From positions 7,670 through 71,669 of the forward strand of contig CAZBUD010000014.1 of assembly GCA_964495015.1 (NCBI GenBank): DNA of 64,000 nt, in the 5' to 3' direction. This document shows positions 36,524 to 46,633 of this stretch, piece by piece. The translations under genes and the position numbers were made by a program. How positions within the stretch are numbered: position 1 is the stretch's first letter; the number at the start of each line of letters is the position of its first letter. The notes under the pieces were generated by a model that ran no database searches, was not told where the DNA came from, and saw only the letters and a program-made list of their open reading frames with translations. The stretch is from an uncultured Enterobacteriaceae bacterium. GTDB taxonomy: Bacteria > Desulfobacterota > Binatia > Bin18.

Positions 36524-36891
36524 TTATCGTTCCTCATCCGCGACAACGTCAAGCAGGCTGCCCAGCATTTCATCTGCTGTCTTCAGCCTCCGTAACTTGC
36601 CTCATACCCACGCTGACCAGACGGAAGATTGACCATTTCTTCACCGATATCGACGTTTGATCGTTCTACAGACTGCTCACCTAGTGCCGTTTGCTCCAGC
36701 GCCCTCGGCCCGGCTGTCTCGACCTGTTCGACTTCGGCTTTGACACCACGGGGCTGAACAGTGGAGAGAACAGCCCGGCTCTTTTTGAATCCGTCGGTAT
36801 TGACATTAGCGATGTTGTTGGCCACCACCCTGATTCAGCGTTGAGAGGCGGAAAGACCGGAGTAGGTGGTGGGGAGAGCTTCAAGTGGCAT
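36524..36891 (-). pseudogene. Flagellar basal-body rod (FlgB/C-type) small protein, disrupted
   Basis: MPLEALPTTYSGLSASQR-TGA-IRVVANNIANVNTDGFKKSR carries the rod N-terminal motif with an in-frame TGA at 36835-36837. SNVDIGEEMVNL..GQRGYEA then needs a 1-nt frame change (~36590-36597) to continue as KLRRLKTADEMLGSLLDVVADEER. Confidence 0.6.
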
Positions 36892-37004
36892 ATGTATCGT
36901 ACCCTGCTTTTGTGGCGGAAACTCTTTTGAGTATATGGTACGTGTAACAGTATCATCATCTTGTTCAAATACTTTATGGCTAATTTTTTGGCTGGTGGAG
37001 GGTT

Positions 37005-39167
37005 ATGAACGCGGCGGCTGTGGGGCTTTTCTTTCTACTCAATACTACCCTGTATCTTTTCCTGCCTGCCATGGTACAGACCGTTTTCGCCTCGACCCCA
37101 GAGTTGCGGGCTGTCTCCATCAGTGAACCGATTATTCTTGACGGCAGGCTGGACGAACCTGCCTGGCAAACCGCACAGGTCGCTGACGATTTCCGCCAAC
37201 GCGAGCCGGACGAAGGAGAACGCGCCTCCCAATCGACCGAGGTGCGCGTACTCTACTCGCACTTTCAGCTCTATATTGGCGTGACTTGCCACGACTCTGA
37301 TCCAAGCGCGATCGTCGTCACCCGGTTTAACCGGGATTCCAATCTGGACGCCGATGATCGGGTGACTCTCTTGTTTGACACATTTCTTGACCATCGAAAC
37401 GCATTTAAATTTCAAACGAACTCGGTCGGCACGCGGGTGGATGAGCTCATCGGTGACGAGGGTGAAAGTGAGAACCGAGACTGGAACGGCATCTGGAATG
37501 TGAAGACCAGCCAAACGCCAACTGGCTGGACGGCAGAATTCGAGATTCCATTTCAGACCTTAAGCTTTGCCGCAGGACAATCAACCTGGGGTTTCAACGT
37601 CCAGCGCATTATTAAGCGAAATACTGAAGAAACGGTGTGGACCGGTTATCGTCAGAACCTCGACTTTAATCGTGTATCGGTGGCCGGACGACTCACCGGC
37701 CTGCACGATATCTCCCAAGGCTTGGGCCTCGATTTTTCGCCTTTTTTAACAACCGAGGTACGACGTGATGCCGCATCTTTTAAGCCCGGCTTTGATTTAT
37801 TCTACAAGCTCACTCTGGGTCTCACGCTGAGCCTGACCATGAATACCGACTTTTCTGAAACGGAAGTTGACGATGCCCAGGTCAACTTGACGCGGTTTTC
37901 TCTCTTCTTTCCTGAGAAGCGGCAATTCTTTCTAGCAGACGCGCCGAATTTTTCGGTTGATGGACTCACCGCAACGTCCGGTCCGTTAGTGATCATTCCG
38001 TTTTTTAGTCGGCGCATCGGCATTGCTGATGACGGCAAGACAGTCGATCTGATCGGCGGTGGCAAACTCAGCGGGCGCATCGGCAAGTATCGCCTCGGCC
38101 TACTTAGCGTCCAGGCGCAGGAGCGCGATCCAATTCCTGGTGAGAATTTTAGTGTCATTCGCGTCAAACGTGACCTTGGCGAGCGAGCGTCCATCGGCAT
38201 GATCGCTACCAGGCGGACGCCAGAGAATGGAGCTGCGACCGGCCTGTACGGCAATGATTTTCTGTATAAGACGACAAAACTTTTGGGCGATAAAAATTTG
38301 ACCGTTTCTTCGTTTTTCGAAAAAGGTTTTATCCCCGGCACGAACAAAAACTGGGCCTGGGGCAGTCAAATTCACCTGCCCAATGACATCTGGTCAATAT
38401 TCGGGACCTACCGTGAGGTGCAAAGGGATTTTGACGCGACTATGGGTTTTGTGCCGCGCAAAGGGATTCGGCGTTTCGGCTGGTTTTTAAGAGCGGCGCC
38501 ACGGCCAAAACGCTGGAAAACGCGTCAGATCTCGTGTGCGTTTGACGGCAATTATATTACCGACCAGGATACGAATAAGCTCCTTACGCGCAATATCGTT
38601 TTTCCCTGCGATTGGCGCTTTAATAGCGGCGATATACTTTCGTTTCGGACCTGGGAGCAGTTTGAGCGCTTAACCGACGATTTTGAGATAGGCGACGGTG
38701 TGACGCTTGAGCCTGATGGGTACACCTTTCGACGCTATCTTGTCCGAGCGGAAACCGCAGACAAACGCAAGGTGTCTACACGTTTGACCTATGTTTGGGG
38801 CGACTTTTATAGTGGCAGCCGCGATAGCTGGGAGGCGCGACTGAATTTTCAACCTGGGCCGCGACTCTTCTTGAGTACGGAATACCGGCAGAACGATGTC
38901 CGGCTGCTTGAAGGAAATTTTGTCGTTCGCCTCTTCCGGGTACGCCTGGATTTAGCTCTGAATCCCAATCTGTCATGGTTTACCCTGGTCCAATACGACA
39001 CCGTGTCTGACGTGCTCGGTTTGAATACGCGCATTCGCTGGATCATCGAGCCAGGCAATGATCTCTTTTTGGTCTTTAACCAGCGCTGGCTGGACGAAGA
39101 GGAAGGGGGCTTTCGCTCTATTGGCCGCGAAGCGCAGTTCAAGGTGCGCTATACGTACCGGTTTTGA
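37005..39167 (+). CDS. Outer-membrane protein with carbohydrate-binding-family-9-like N-domain and DUF5916-type beta-barrel
   Basis: Signal peptide. LDGRLDEPAWQTAQVADDFRQREPDEGE motif. Alternating beta-strand pattern ending ...KVRYTYRF, with a terminal Phe. Confidence 0.7.
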   Translation: MNAAAVGLFFLLNTTLYLFLPAMVQTVFASTPELRAVSISEPIILDGRLDEPAWQTAQVADDFRQREPDEGERASQSTEVRVLYSHFQLYIGVTCHDSDPSAIVVTRFNRDSNLDADDRVTLLFDTFLDHRNAFKFQTNSVGTRVDELIGDEGESENRDWNGIWNVKTSQTPTGWTAEFEIPFQTLSFAAGQSTWGFNVQRIIKRNTEETVWTGYRQNLDFNRVSVAGRLTGLHDISQGLGLDFSPFLTTEVRRDAASFKPGFDLFYKLTLGLTLSLTMNTDFSETEVDDAQVNLTRFSLFFPEKRQFFLADAPNFSVDGLTATSGPLVIIPFFSRRIGIADDGKTVDLIGGGKLSGRIGKYRLGLLSVQAQERDPIPGENFSVIRVKRDLGERASIGMIATRRTPENGAATGLYGNDFLYKTTKLLGDKNLTVSSFFEKGFIPGTNKNWAWGSQIHLPNDIWSIFGTYREVQRDFDATMGFVPRKGIRRFGWFLRAAPRPKRWKTRQISCAFDGNYITDQDTNKLLTRNIVFPCDWRFNSGDILSFRTWEQFERLTDDFEIGDGVTLEPDGYTFRRYLVRAETADKRKVSTRLTYVWGDFYSGSRDSWEARLNFQPGPRLFLSTEYRQNDVRLLEGNFVVRLFRVRLDLALNPNLSWFTLVQYDTVSDVLGLNTRIRWIIEPGNDLFLVFNQRWLDEEEGGFRSIGREAQFKVRYTYRF

Positions 39168-39381
39168 TCGCTACTGAGCTTCTCTTCTTTAGAGTTGTGC
39201 TCCTCTTACGTTTTTTCAACAGATTTGAGAGCTGCCCAGGCGAGATCGACGTTTTTTGTCCAGCTGCGATCTCTTACCCTACTTCGACACCTTGGAGCAA
39301 CAGCGGGTCGTGCGCCGGTTCGTCTCTTGAAATGCTTGGGATATCGGGTATCCCTGCAACCGAGCACGTATATGGTTTGAT

Positions 39382-41082
39382 TTAGCTAAACGTCTCGGTA
39401 AATGCGTGATGTTGCTGTGTACTCCCCAGCATAATGAGTTCGCTTCCCCCGAGAAGCGTTGCAGAGGCAGGAGGGTTCGTGACGAGGTGCCCGTTCTCCT
39501 CAATGCCAACGACGTTCAGCCCCGTCCGTGTACCAATCGCACTTTCAGATAGGGTTAATCCAACCAACATCTGCGGCAGTGGCACTGCGAATAACTCAAC
39601 TCCCTCGCCTAGGACACCTAGCTCACCACTTTGTAGTAGAGAGAAGATGTATTCAATACCGAGCGAAGCGTAGCTCAGGACGAAGTTTGCGCCAGCACGG
39701 TGGATGGCTTCGAGATTCCTTTCGTAGGTAATACGGCTCACGATGTGCAACTCTGGATTGAGGCGGCGGCAGTAAACTGTGAGATAGATGTTCATAGCAT
39801 CGTCGTTCGTGGTCAGGAGTACGGCGGGAGCATCCCGCACTCCGGCCCGCATCAGTACCTCTCGATCGGCCGCATCGCCGATGAACAGTCTGTCCGGGAG
39901 GTGTTCGATCCGCTCCCGCAAGCGCTCGTCATGCTCAACCAAATGAACCGGTAACTCCTTGCGCTTCAGCGCCTGGGTTGCCGCGCACCCGACTTTCCCC
40001 CCCCCGATGACTATGACCGGATTGTAGTTGGTATCATAAATGACGAGCAGCGTATTGAGTTCAAGCATTTGTTCTGCAGAGCCCACAACGATCATCACAC
40101 TGGTATTGGACAGGGATGTATCAGGAGATACCGGCAACAACCGGCCGCGCTCCCAAATCCCGACAATATTGATACCGATGACCTCACGCAGCCGGGTCTC
40201 ACGGATCGTCCGACCAGCCAAGGGCGTATTGCGGACGGGAAACTCGGCAACCTGGAGCTCCCGGAAGTGGCCGATCACATGAGCCTCGGCGTGGCCGGTA
40301 TTAATCCGGTTCGTGAGACGCTCTCCCAAGCGCTGCTTAAGGGGGAGCACGTGTGGGCACCCGCTCAGTTCGAGAATATCAATCGAGTCCTCGTCCTCGA
40401 CCGTTGCCATAATGGGAACGTCCGGTGCAACCTCTCGAACGGTGATGGTAATATTCGTGTTTACGGTGTCGGCGCTGTTCGCAAAGATCAAACGTGCCTG
40501 GGCAGCGCGGACTTTTTCGTACGTTTCGCGGCTATCGATCGTGCCGGCGATGACGGAAATTCCGTCTTCATACATGCGCGCGGCGACTGTTGGGTCAGGT
40601 TCAAGGACAGAGTAGGGGATGTCGTGCAGTTGCAGTCGCTCAATCAGACCAGGCGCAATCGCATCGTAGGAACAGATTACGACGTGTCCGCGCGTGTCAG
40701 TTGGAGCTTCACGTGGGGCTTGGAGCCGCACTTGGGCTTCGAGCCACGGGGCGTAGAAGAAGCGGATAAAAGTAAAAGGCAGAACAATCAACAGCAGGAC
40801 AATCCCAGACAGTAGGACCACCATACTGAAAAGCCGCCCAGTGTCGCTGTGGAAGGTAATGTCGCCAAAGCCGAGCGTGCTCATTACTGTCAGGGTCCAG
40901 TAGACCCCGGTCAGCCACGAATGGTCCTGCCCTTCCACGTACAACATAATCACGTGGAAGAGGATCGAGAAGATAATGATAATACCAACCAAAATGGCGA
41001 AAAATTTAAGCAGCGCCCCGATATTACGGCGTGTTTCCCGCTCATTCAGGAAGTAAGTGAGTTGGGTGCTGAACAGATTCAT
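39382..41082 (-). CDS. Potassium channel protein with tandem RCK/TrkA-N domains
   Basis: Selectivity filter TLGFGDITF after the TM helices. Two Rossmann-like RCK N-domains (HVVICSYD.., VIVIGGGKVG). Start uncertain (41121 or 41082). Confidence 0.85.
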   Translation of the reverse strand: MNLFSTQLTYFLNERETRRNIGALLKFFAILVGIIIIFSILFHVIMLYVEGQDHSWLTGVYWTLTVMSTLGFGDITFHSDTGRLFSMVVLLSGIVLLLIVLPFTFIRFFYAPWLEAQVRLQAPREAPTDTRGHVVICSYDAIAPGLIERLQLHDIPYSVLEPDPTVAARMYEDGISVIAGTIDSRETYEKVRAAQARLIFANSADTVNTNITITVREVAPDVPIMATVEDEDSIDILELSGCPHVLPLKQRLGERLTNRINTGHAEAHVIGHFRELQVAEFPVRNTPLAGRTIRETRLREVIGINIVGIWERGRLLPVSPDTSLSNTSVMIVVGSAEQMLELNTLLVIYDTNYNPVIVIGGGKVGCAATQALKRKELPVHLVEHDERLRERIEHLPDRLFIGDAADREVLMRAGVRDAPAVLLTTNDDAMNIYLTVYCRRLNPELHIVSRITYERNLEAIHRAGANFVLSYASLGIEYIFSLLQSGELGVLGEGVELFAVPLPQMLVGLTLSESAIGTRTGLNVVGIEENGHLVTNPPASATLLGGSELIMLGSTQQHHAFTETFS

Positions 41083-41324
41083 ACAAAGATCAGGGAAGCA
41101 AAAGACAGGGGTGACAGTCAAGAGGGGAGAGTGTTAGACAAAGCGGGGCTTGCTTCGCTACACGTGCCTCTTGCGGTTCTCCGGACAGGTGCGCTGTGCT
41201 GCGGGATGTAGCTGGTGGGGAAATGAGGGACGTTCTTGGACCACTGAAATGTCTCTGAATCCCGCTTCTGCAGCGCCTTGTACATCGCGGAACTCGTCAT
41301 AAAAATAACATAGGTCATCGCGAT

Positions 41325-44300
41325 TTAACCTACATCGTCAGTATCGTAGCCCAAATTGGGGGAAAGCCATCTCTCAATTTGGGCCATAGTCATGCTCTTT
41401 CTGTGGGCGTAATCTCTGACTTGGTCTTTGTTTATCTTTCCTACCCCAAAATATCTCGATTCCGGATGTGAGAAGTAGAAGCCGCTGACCGCTGCAGTGG
41501 GGAACATGGCGTAGGATTCTGTCAAAGTAATCCCCGTATTTTCTTCGACTTTAAGCAGCTCCCAGATCAATGGTTTCTCGGTATGGTCCGGGCAAGCCGG
41601 ATATCCGGGGGCGGGGCGGATCCCCTGGTATTTTTCTGCGATCAAAGCCTCATTATCGAATCCCTCATCAGGGGCATAACCCCAGTACTCTTTTCGGATA
41701 CGCTGGTGCAAGCGTTCGGCAAACGCTTCGGCAAAACGATCGGCTAAGGCTTTTAGCATAATGGCGCTGTAGTCATCATGATCGTTTTTAAACTGTTCCA
41801 ACTTTTCTTGCATGCCGAAACCAGCTGCAACCGCAAACGCACCGATGTAGTCATTTACATGCGTTTCTTCCGGTGCAATGAAATCCGCCAGCGCATAGTT
41901 CGGTTGACCGGCTGCTTTTGGTGTTTGTTGCCGGACGGTATGCAAACTAGTGAGTATACCTCCGCCTCTTTTGTACATTCCTGTACCCGCGGCAGCCGTA
42001 TATCCATGTACAATAATATCATCATGGCCAATCGAATTTGCGGGGAATAAACCGAATATTCCTTTTGCGCTGAACCATTTCTCATCAATTATTTTTGCGA
42101 GCATCTGGCGCGCATCGTCGTAGAGTTTGCTTGCCTCCTGGCCGACCACGTCGTCACATAATATGCGTGGAAATTTGCCTGCAAGTTCCCATGCAATAAA
42201 GAGTGGTGTCCAGTCAAAATACTCCGCCAGCTCAGCTAATGGGTAGTCATCAAAAATTTCTATCCCCAGTTTATGCGGTACGGGTGGTGTATAGTCATCC
42301 CAATCGATGGCTACACGGTTAGCTCTGGCTTGATCAAGTGTAAGCCACGTCGTTTTTGCTTGTTTTGCCGCATGCCGTTCACGTACCACGTCGTAATCTT
42401 GCTGGATCTCTTCGGCGAGTTCTCTTTTCATATCCACGTTTAACAGGCGCGTTGATATCCCAACCGCACGCGAGGCATCTTTTACATGAATCACCGGATG
42501 TCCATAGCTAGAGTCGATCTTTACTGCGGTATGCGCACGCGACGTCGTTGCACCACCGATCATAAGCGGCAGGACAAGTTCCTGGCGCTCCATTTCTTTT
42601 GCCACATGTACCATCTCATCGAGTGATGGTGTGATGAGTCCACTTAAACCAATGATGTCTGCCTTTTGTTCGCGGGCGGTGTCGAGGATGGTTTGTGCCG
42701 GTACCATAACGCCGAGGTCTATGACTTCAAAGTTATTACATTGCAATACGACACCTACAATATTTTTGCCGATGTCATGCACATCCCCTTTCACTGTCGC
42801 CATGATGATCTTGCCATTGCTTTTTATTTTGGCATCGCCTTTTTCGGCCTCGATATAAGGCAGGAGATAAGCCACTGCTTTTTTCATCACACGCGCACTT
42901 TTTACCACCTGAGGTAGAAACATCTTGCCGGCACCAAACAGATCACCGACGACATTCATGCCGTCCATGAGTGGCCCTTCTATGACATGCAACGCCCGAT
43001 CATATTGTTGCCGTGCCTCTTCCGTATCCTCTTCAATGTAATCCGCGTTACCTTTTACCAATGCACGCGAGAGACGTTCCTGGACAGGATCGTTTCGCCA
43101 TTCAAGGTCGACTTTCTTTTCTTTCTTGCCTCCACCTTTGACCGTCTCGGAAAATTCTACTAATCGATCAGTGGCATCATCACGTCGATTGAGTAATACA
43201 TCTTCAATGTATTCGAGCAGATCTTTTGGGATCTCATCATAGATGCCGAGTTGGCCCGCATTGACGATGCCCATGTCCATACCGGCCTGGATAGCGTGAT
43301 ACAGAAACACGGTATGCATGGCTTCACGCACCGGGTTGTTGCCACGGAAAGAGAATGACACGTTACTCAATCCACCACTGACGAGTGCATGCGGCAGGTG
43401 CTCTTTAATGAGTCGCGTCGCCTCGACGAAGGAGACCGCATAGTTATTATGCTCGTCCATGCCGGTCGCAACGGTAAGAATATTCGGATCAAAGATGATG
43501 TCTTCCGGTGAAAAACCGACCTGATTCACCAGGATGTCATACGATCGCACGCATACCTTTAAACGACGATCGGTCGTATCCGCTTGGCCTTTCTCATCAA
43601 AGGCCATAACGACCGTGGCCGCGCCATAACGTTTAATGAGTTTCGCGTATTCGATGAATTGTTCTTCACCCTCCTTCAGGGAGATCGAATTCACGATGCA
43701 TTTTCCCTGCACGCAACGCAGCCCCGCCTCGGTCACTGTCCACTTAGAGGAATCGATCATCACCGGGACGCGTGAGATGTCCGGTTCACTGGCAATGAGT
43801 TTTAAAAAGTCGGCCATGAGTTGTTCGGAATCGAGCATGCCCTCGTCCATGCAGATGTCAATCACCTGCGCACCGTTGTCCACCTGTTGGCGGGCAACGG
43901 CTAGGGCTGCTTCCAGATCCTGGTCTTCCTTCACGAGTTTTAAAAATCTGGGCGATCCGGCCACATTGGTACGTTCACCGACGTTCACAAAGTTGGTATC
44001 CGGTGTAATGTTGAAGGCCTCTAGTCCACTCAGGCGCTGGTAGGGCGGGATCTCCGGTCGTTTGCGTGGGGATACGTTGTGAATGACATTGCCTATGGCA
44101 GCGATATGCTCAGGCGTGGTACCGCAACAGCCACCGACAATGTTTAAAAATCCGGATTCGGCCCACTCTTTAATATGCTCGGCCATGGGGCCAGCGCCGA
44201 GATCATAGCCGCCGAATTCATTCGGCAGTCCGGCATTCGGATGCGCCGAAGTATAGACCGATGAAAAGCTGGAAAGATCTTCAATATATTGTCGTAAGTC

Positions 44301-45071
44301 TTTGGGACCTAAGGCACAGTTCAGGCCTATCGTCAGTGGATTCGCATGTCTCACCGAGTTCCAGAAGGCCTCTGTCGTTTGACCGGTCAAGGTCCGGCCG
44401 GATTGGTCTGTAATGGTGCCGGAGATCATGACCGGTAGCTGAACTTTGTGCTCGTCGAAGTACTGATCGATAGCGTATAGCGCTGCCTTGGCATTCAGGG
44501 TATCGAAGATGGTTTCGACGAGTAATATGTCAGCTCCGCCATCCACCAGACCTCGGATCGCCTCGCTATAGGTCTCGACCAGTTCTTCATAGCTGACATT
44601 CCGAAAACCAGGGTTATTCACATCCGGTGAGATCGAGGCGGTGCGATTTGTGGGGCCAAGCGTACCGACCACGAAGCGTGGTTTGGCCGCATTTCCCCCC
44701 TCGAAATCCTCCGCTACCGCACGTGCCAGGGCGGCCCCGGTTTTATTGAGTTCATATACGAGGTCTTCCATCTGGTAGTCGGCCATGGCGATAGAAGTCG
44801 AGTTAAAAGTATTGGTCCCGACAAGATCAGCGCCCGCATCAAAGTAGGCGGTATGAATAGTCTTGATGATGTTCGGCTGGGTTAAGGTAAGCAGGTCGTT
44901 ATTGCCTTTCACATCGCAGGGGTGATCGGCAAAGCGTTCGCCACGGTAATCGGCTTCTTCCAGCTTGTAGGACTGGATCATGGTGCCCATGGCCCCGTCG
45001 AGCAATAGAATACGCTCCTGAAGCAGGGCTTCGAGTTGTGCCTGGCAATTATTTCTCTGTTTCTTGCCCAT
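41325..45071 (-). CDS. metH: Cobalamin-dependent methionine synthase
   Basis: 1248 aa, collinear with E. coli MetH as I recall it ([31 protein letters not shown], the B12 motif [12 protein letters not shown], and the C-terminal AdoMet domain [15 protein letters not shown]). Confidence 0.97.
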   Translation of the reverse strand: MGKKQRNNCQAQLEALLQERILLLDGAMGTMIQSYKLEEADYRGERFADHPCDVKGNNDLLTLTQPNIIKTIHTAYFDAGADLVGTNTFNSTSIAMADYQMEDLVYELNKTGAALARAVAEDFEGGNAAKPRFVVGTLGPTNRTASISPDVNNPGFRNVSYEELVETYSEAIRGLVDGGADILLVETIFDTLNAKAALYAIDQYFDEHKVQLPVMISGTITDQSGRTLTGQTTEAFWNSVRHANPLTIGLNCALGPKDLRQYIEDLSSFSSVYTSAHPNAGLPNEFGGYDLGAGPMAEHIKEWAESGFLNIVGGCCGTTPEHIAAIGNVIHNVSPRKRPEIPPYQRLSGLEAFNITPDTNFVNVGERTNVAGSPRFLKLVKEDQDLEAALAVARQQVDNGAQVIDICMDEGMLDSEQLMADFLKLIASEPDISRVPVMIDSSKWTVTEAGLRCVQGKCIVNSISLKEGEEQFIEYAKLIKRYGAATVVMAFDEKGQADTTDRRLKVCVRSYDILVNQVGFSPEDIIFDPNILTVATGMDEHNNYAVSFVEATRLIKEHLPHALVSGGLSNVSFSFRGNNPVREAMHTVFLYHAIQAGMDMGIVNAGQLGIYDEIPKDLLEYIEDVLLNRRDDATDRLVEFSETVKGGGKKEKKVDLEWRNDPVQERLSRALVKGNADYIEEDTEEARQQYDRALHVIEGPLMDGMNVVGDLFGAGKMFLPQVVKSARVMKKAVAYLLPYIEAEKGDAKIKSNGKIIMATVKGDVHDIGKNIVGVVLQCNNFEVIDLGVMVPAQTILDTAREQKADIIGLSGLITPSLDEMVHVAKEMERQELVLPLMIGGATTSRAHTAVKIDSSYGHPVIHVKDASRAVGISTRLLNVDMKRELAEEIQQDYDVVRERHAAKQAKTTWLTLDQARANRVAIDWDDYTPPVPHKLGIEIFDDYPLAELAEYFDWTPLFIAWELAGKFPRILCDDVVGQEASKLYDDARQMLAKIIDEKWFSAKGIFGLFPANSIGHDDIIVHGYTAAAGTGMYKRGGGILTSLHTVRQQTPKAAGQPNYALADFIAPEETHVNDYIGAFAVAAGFGMQEKLEQFKNDHDDYSAIMLKALADRFAEAFAERLHQRIRKEYWGYAPDEGFDNEALIAEKYQGIRPAPGYPACPDHTEKPLIWELLKVEENTGITLTESYAMFPTAAVSGFYFSHPESRYFGVGKINKDQVRDYAHRKSMTMAQIERWLSPNLGYDTDDVG

Positions 45072-45115
45072 ATGAAAACACCTGTCCCGTTCCACACATT
45101 TAATAAGGAAACACT

Positions 45116-45159
45116 GAAAAGCGAACTAAGTGACGATTTGATGGTCGCTTTCGCTTTTC
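45116..45159 (-). terminator. Hairpin between riboswitch and metH start (candidate expression-platform terminator)
   Basis: On the minus strand: GAAAAGCGAA...TTCGCTTTTC (10-bp outer stem plus an inner GCGAC/GUCAC stem), followed by a U-rich AGUGUUUCCUUAUU. Confidence 0.5.
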
Positions 45160-45182
45160 ATGTTTACATTATTAAACAGGAA

Positions 45183-45263
45183 GGCGAGCGCCGTTCTGAT
45201 ACGTAGTGTCTGAGCCTGGCAGGCCGGTGGGTTCTTCTTAGGCCGCTGCAACGCTCCTCAGAC
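45183..45263 (-). promoter_or_regulatory. SAH (S-adenosylhomocysteine) riboswitch-like aptamer in the metH leader
   Basis: Minus-strand RNA: GUCUGAGGAGCGUUGCAGCGGCC-15nt-GGCCUGCCAGGCUCAGAC-ACUACGUAUCAG-AACGGCGCUCGCC. It contains the GAGGAGCGYUGC, CAGGCUC and AACGGCGCUC blocks. P1 is GUCUGAG/CUCAGAC, and a pseudoknot GAGCGUUG/CGGCGCUC is possible. Confidence 0.8.
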
Positions 45264-45282
45264 AGATGAACTAAGGATGACC

Positions 45283-45311
45283 ATTATATTACTACCTGCG
45301 GGGTATTTCCA
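45283..45311 (-). promoter_or_regulatory. Sigma70-type promoter for the riboswitch-metH transcript
   Basis: On the minus strand: TGGAAA-N17-TATAAT (perfect -10), ~20 nt upstream of the aptamer P1. Confidence 0.5.
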
Positions 45312-45537
45312 GTAGTGTTCGAAGTCCAAGGAGGAAGTGTCTCTCCTGATATTCCAGTTGCAACCTGCATAAGGAAAGGAGGTGTACCATCCGATGCAGT
45401 GTTGGTTGTCAGAATTATAAATCCTGCCCTCCCAGTCGATAAAGAAAGGAAAGATGAGACCGCGCTTGTCTCTAGTGCTTTTGCTCGCTTTTTGGTCTTC
45501 TCACGGCGAACTAATATAGTGCAGGGAGGGCAGCCGG

Positions 45538-45711
45538 ATGAAAATTGTGAATATATATTTGTGCTACGAATGCAAGGATATTGTTGAACGGGTAGCGCGT
45601 GGTGAGTGCCCGAAGTGTCAAGCCAACGATATTAGCGCTTTGTCCTGGCTGGTTCAGCCGGAACCGGTACACGAAGCGTGGCTGCGTCGGATCCATGCGA
45701 CCAAAAGCTAG
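45538..45711 (+). CDS. Small zinc-ribbon protein (57 aa, below the ORF-track cutoff)
   Basis: MKIVNIYLCYECKDIVERVARGECPKCQANDISALSW..., i.e. CxxC-x11-CxxC. GGGAGGG RBS 7 nt upstream. An intrinsic terminator lies downstream. Confidence 0.5.
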   Translation: MKIVNIYLCYECKDIVERVARGECPKCQANDISALSWLVQPEPVHEAWLRRIHATKS

Positions 45712-45833
45712 CAGGCGGGCTGGTTTGTGTGATCAAAGCCGGAGAGAACCCATGAACTCTTGTTTGAGGAAAACAAACACGATAAGACTCATAACAAGGG
45801 AACGACGGGGGGGCCGAACTTAAAGCTGCAGGG

Positions 45834-45860
45834 GCGGAGAGTATCTCCGCTTTTCCTTTT
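45834..45860 (+). terminator. Rho-independent terminator
   Basis: GCGGAGA-GTA-TCTCCGC followed by TTTTCCTTTT. Confidence 0.7.
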
Positions 45861-45895
45861 GGAGCAAAGTCGTTCTTCGTATTACGAGGCAACCC

Positions 45896-46633
45896 ATGCG
45901 GGTAACAGTGCTAGGCACAGGCGACGCGTTCTGCAGTGGGGGACGACGTCACAGTGGCTACTTCGTCGAGACGTCTGGAGTCCATTTCCTGCTCGATTGC
46001 GGTACGACGACACTTCTTGCTTTGAAATCCCTCGGTATCCCCGCCGACCGGATTGACTTTGTCGCGATCAGTCATCTGCATGGGGACCACTTTGGCGGTC
46101 TGCCGTTTCTTTTTCTCGAATATCTATACGAAAACCCCCGCTCGCGACCACTGACAATAGTTGGGCCGGCTGGCACCGAAGAGCGGGTGCACGCGCTCCA
46201 TCAGGCCATGTATCGCGAATTGGCGAAACGGCCGTGTTGTTTTGATATCCAGTTTCAGGAATTGACTCCAAGGCAGGCTGCTGTTGTCCACGGCATCCAG
46301 CTCTTTCCTTTCCGGGTGCCTCATCAAGAGCAAGATATCTCCCTTGGGTATCGCGTGGAGGCGGAAGGCCACGCAATTTTGTACTCAGGCGACTGCGGTT
46401 GGAATGAAGATTTAGTCCGTTACTCTCAAGGAACCGATCTCTTTGTGTGCGAGTGCTGTTACTTTAAAACCGAGACCTCTTTCCACCTTAGTTATCCCAA
46501 GATCGCCAAGGAGCAGCACCGCCTGGGCTGCAAGCGGCTCGTGTTGAGTCATATCGGCCGTGAAGTGCTTGAGCGTCTGAACGAAGTGTCGATCGAATGT
46601 GCGCATGACGGAATGGTCATTGAGATACCATAG
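45896..46633 (+). CDS. MBL-fold metallo-hydrolase (RNase Z/PhnP-like)
   Basis: ISHLHGDHFGGLPF H-x-H-x-DH motif. Confidence 0.8.
   Translation: MRVTVLGTGDAFCSGGRRHSGYFVETSGVHFLLDCGTTTLLALKSLGIPADRIDFVAISHLHGDHFGGLPFLFLEYLYENPRSRPLTIVGPAGTEERVHALHQAMYRELAKRPCCFDIQFQELTPRQAAVVHGIQLFPFRVPHQEQDISLGYRVEAEGHAILYSGDCGWNEDLVRYSQGTDLFVCECCYFKTETSFHLSYPKIAKEQHRLGCKRLVLSHIGREVLERLNEVSIECAHDGMVIEIP

Noticed and set aside
36835-36837. The in-frame TGA of the flagellar-rod-like gene read as selenocysteine or another recoded codon.
   Set aside because: TGA terminates ordinary genes in this window (e.g. the Rieske alpha subunit at 4974-4976). No SECIS-like hairpin follows, the position corresponds to a hydrophobic residue in the family, and the gene also carries a frameshift.
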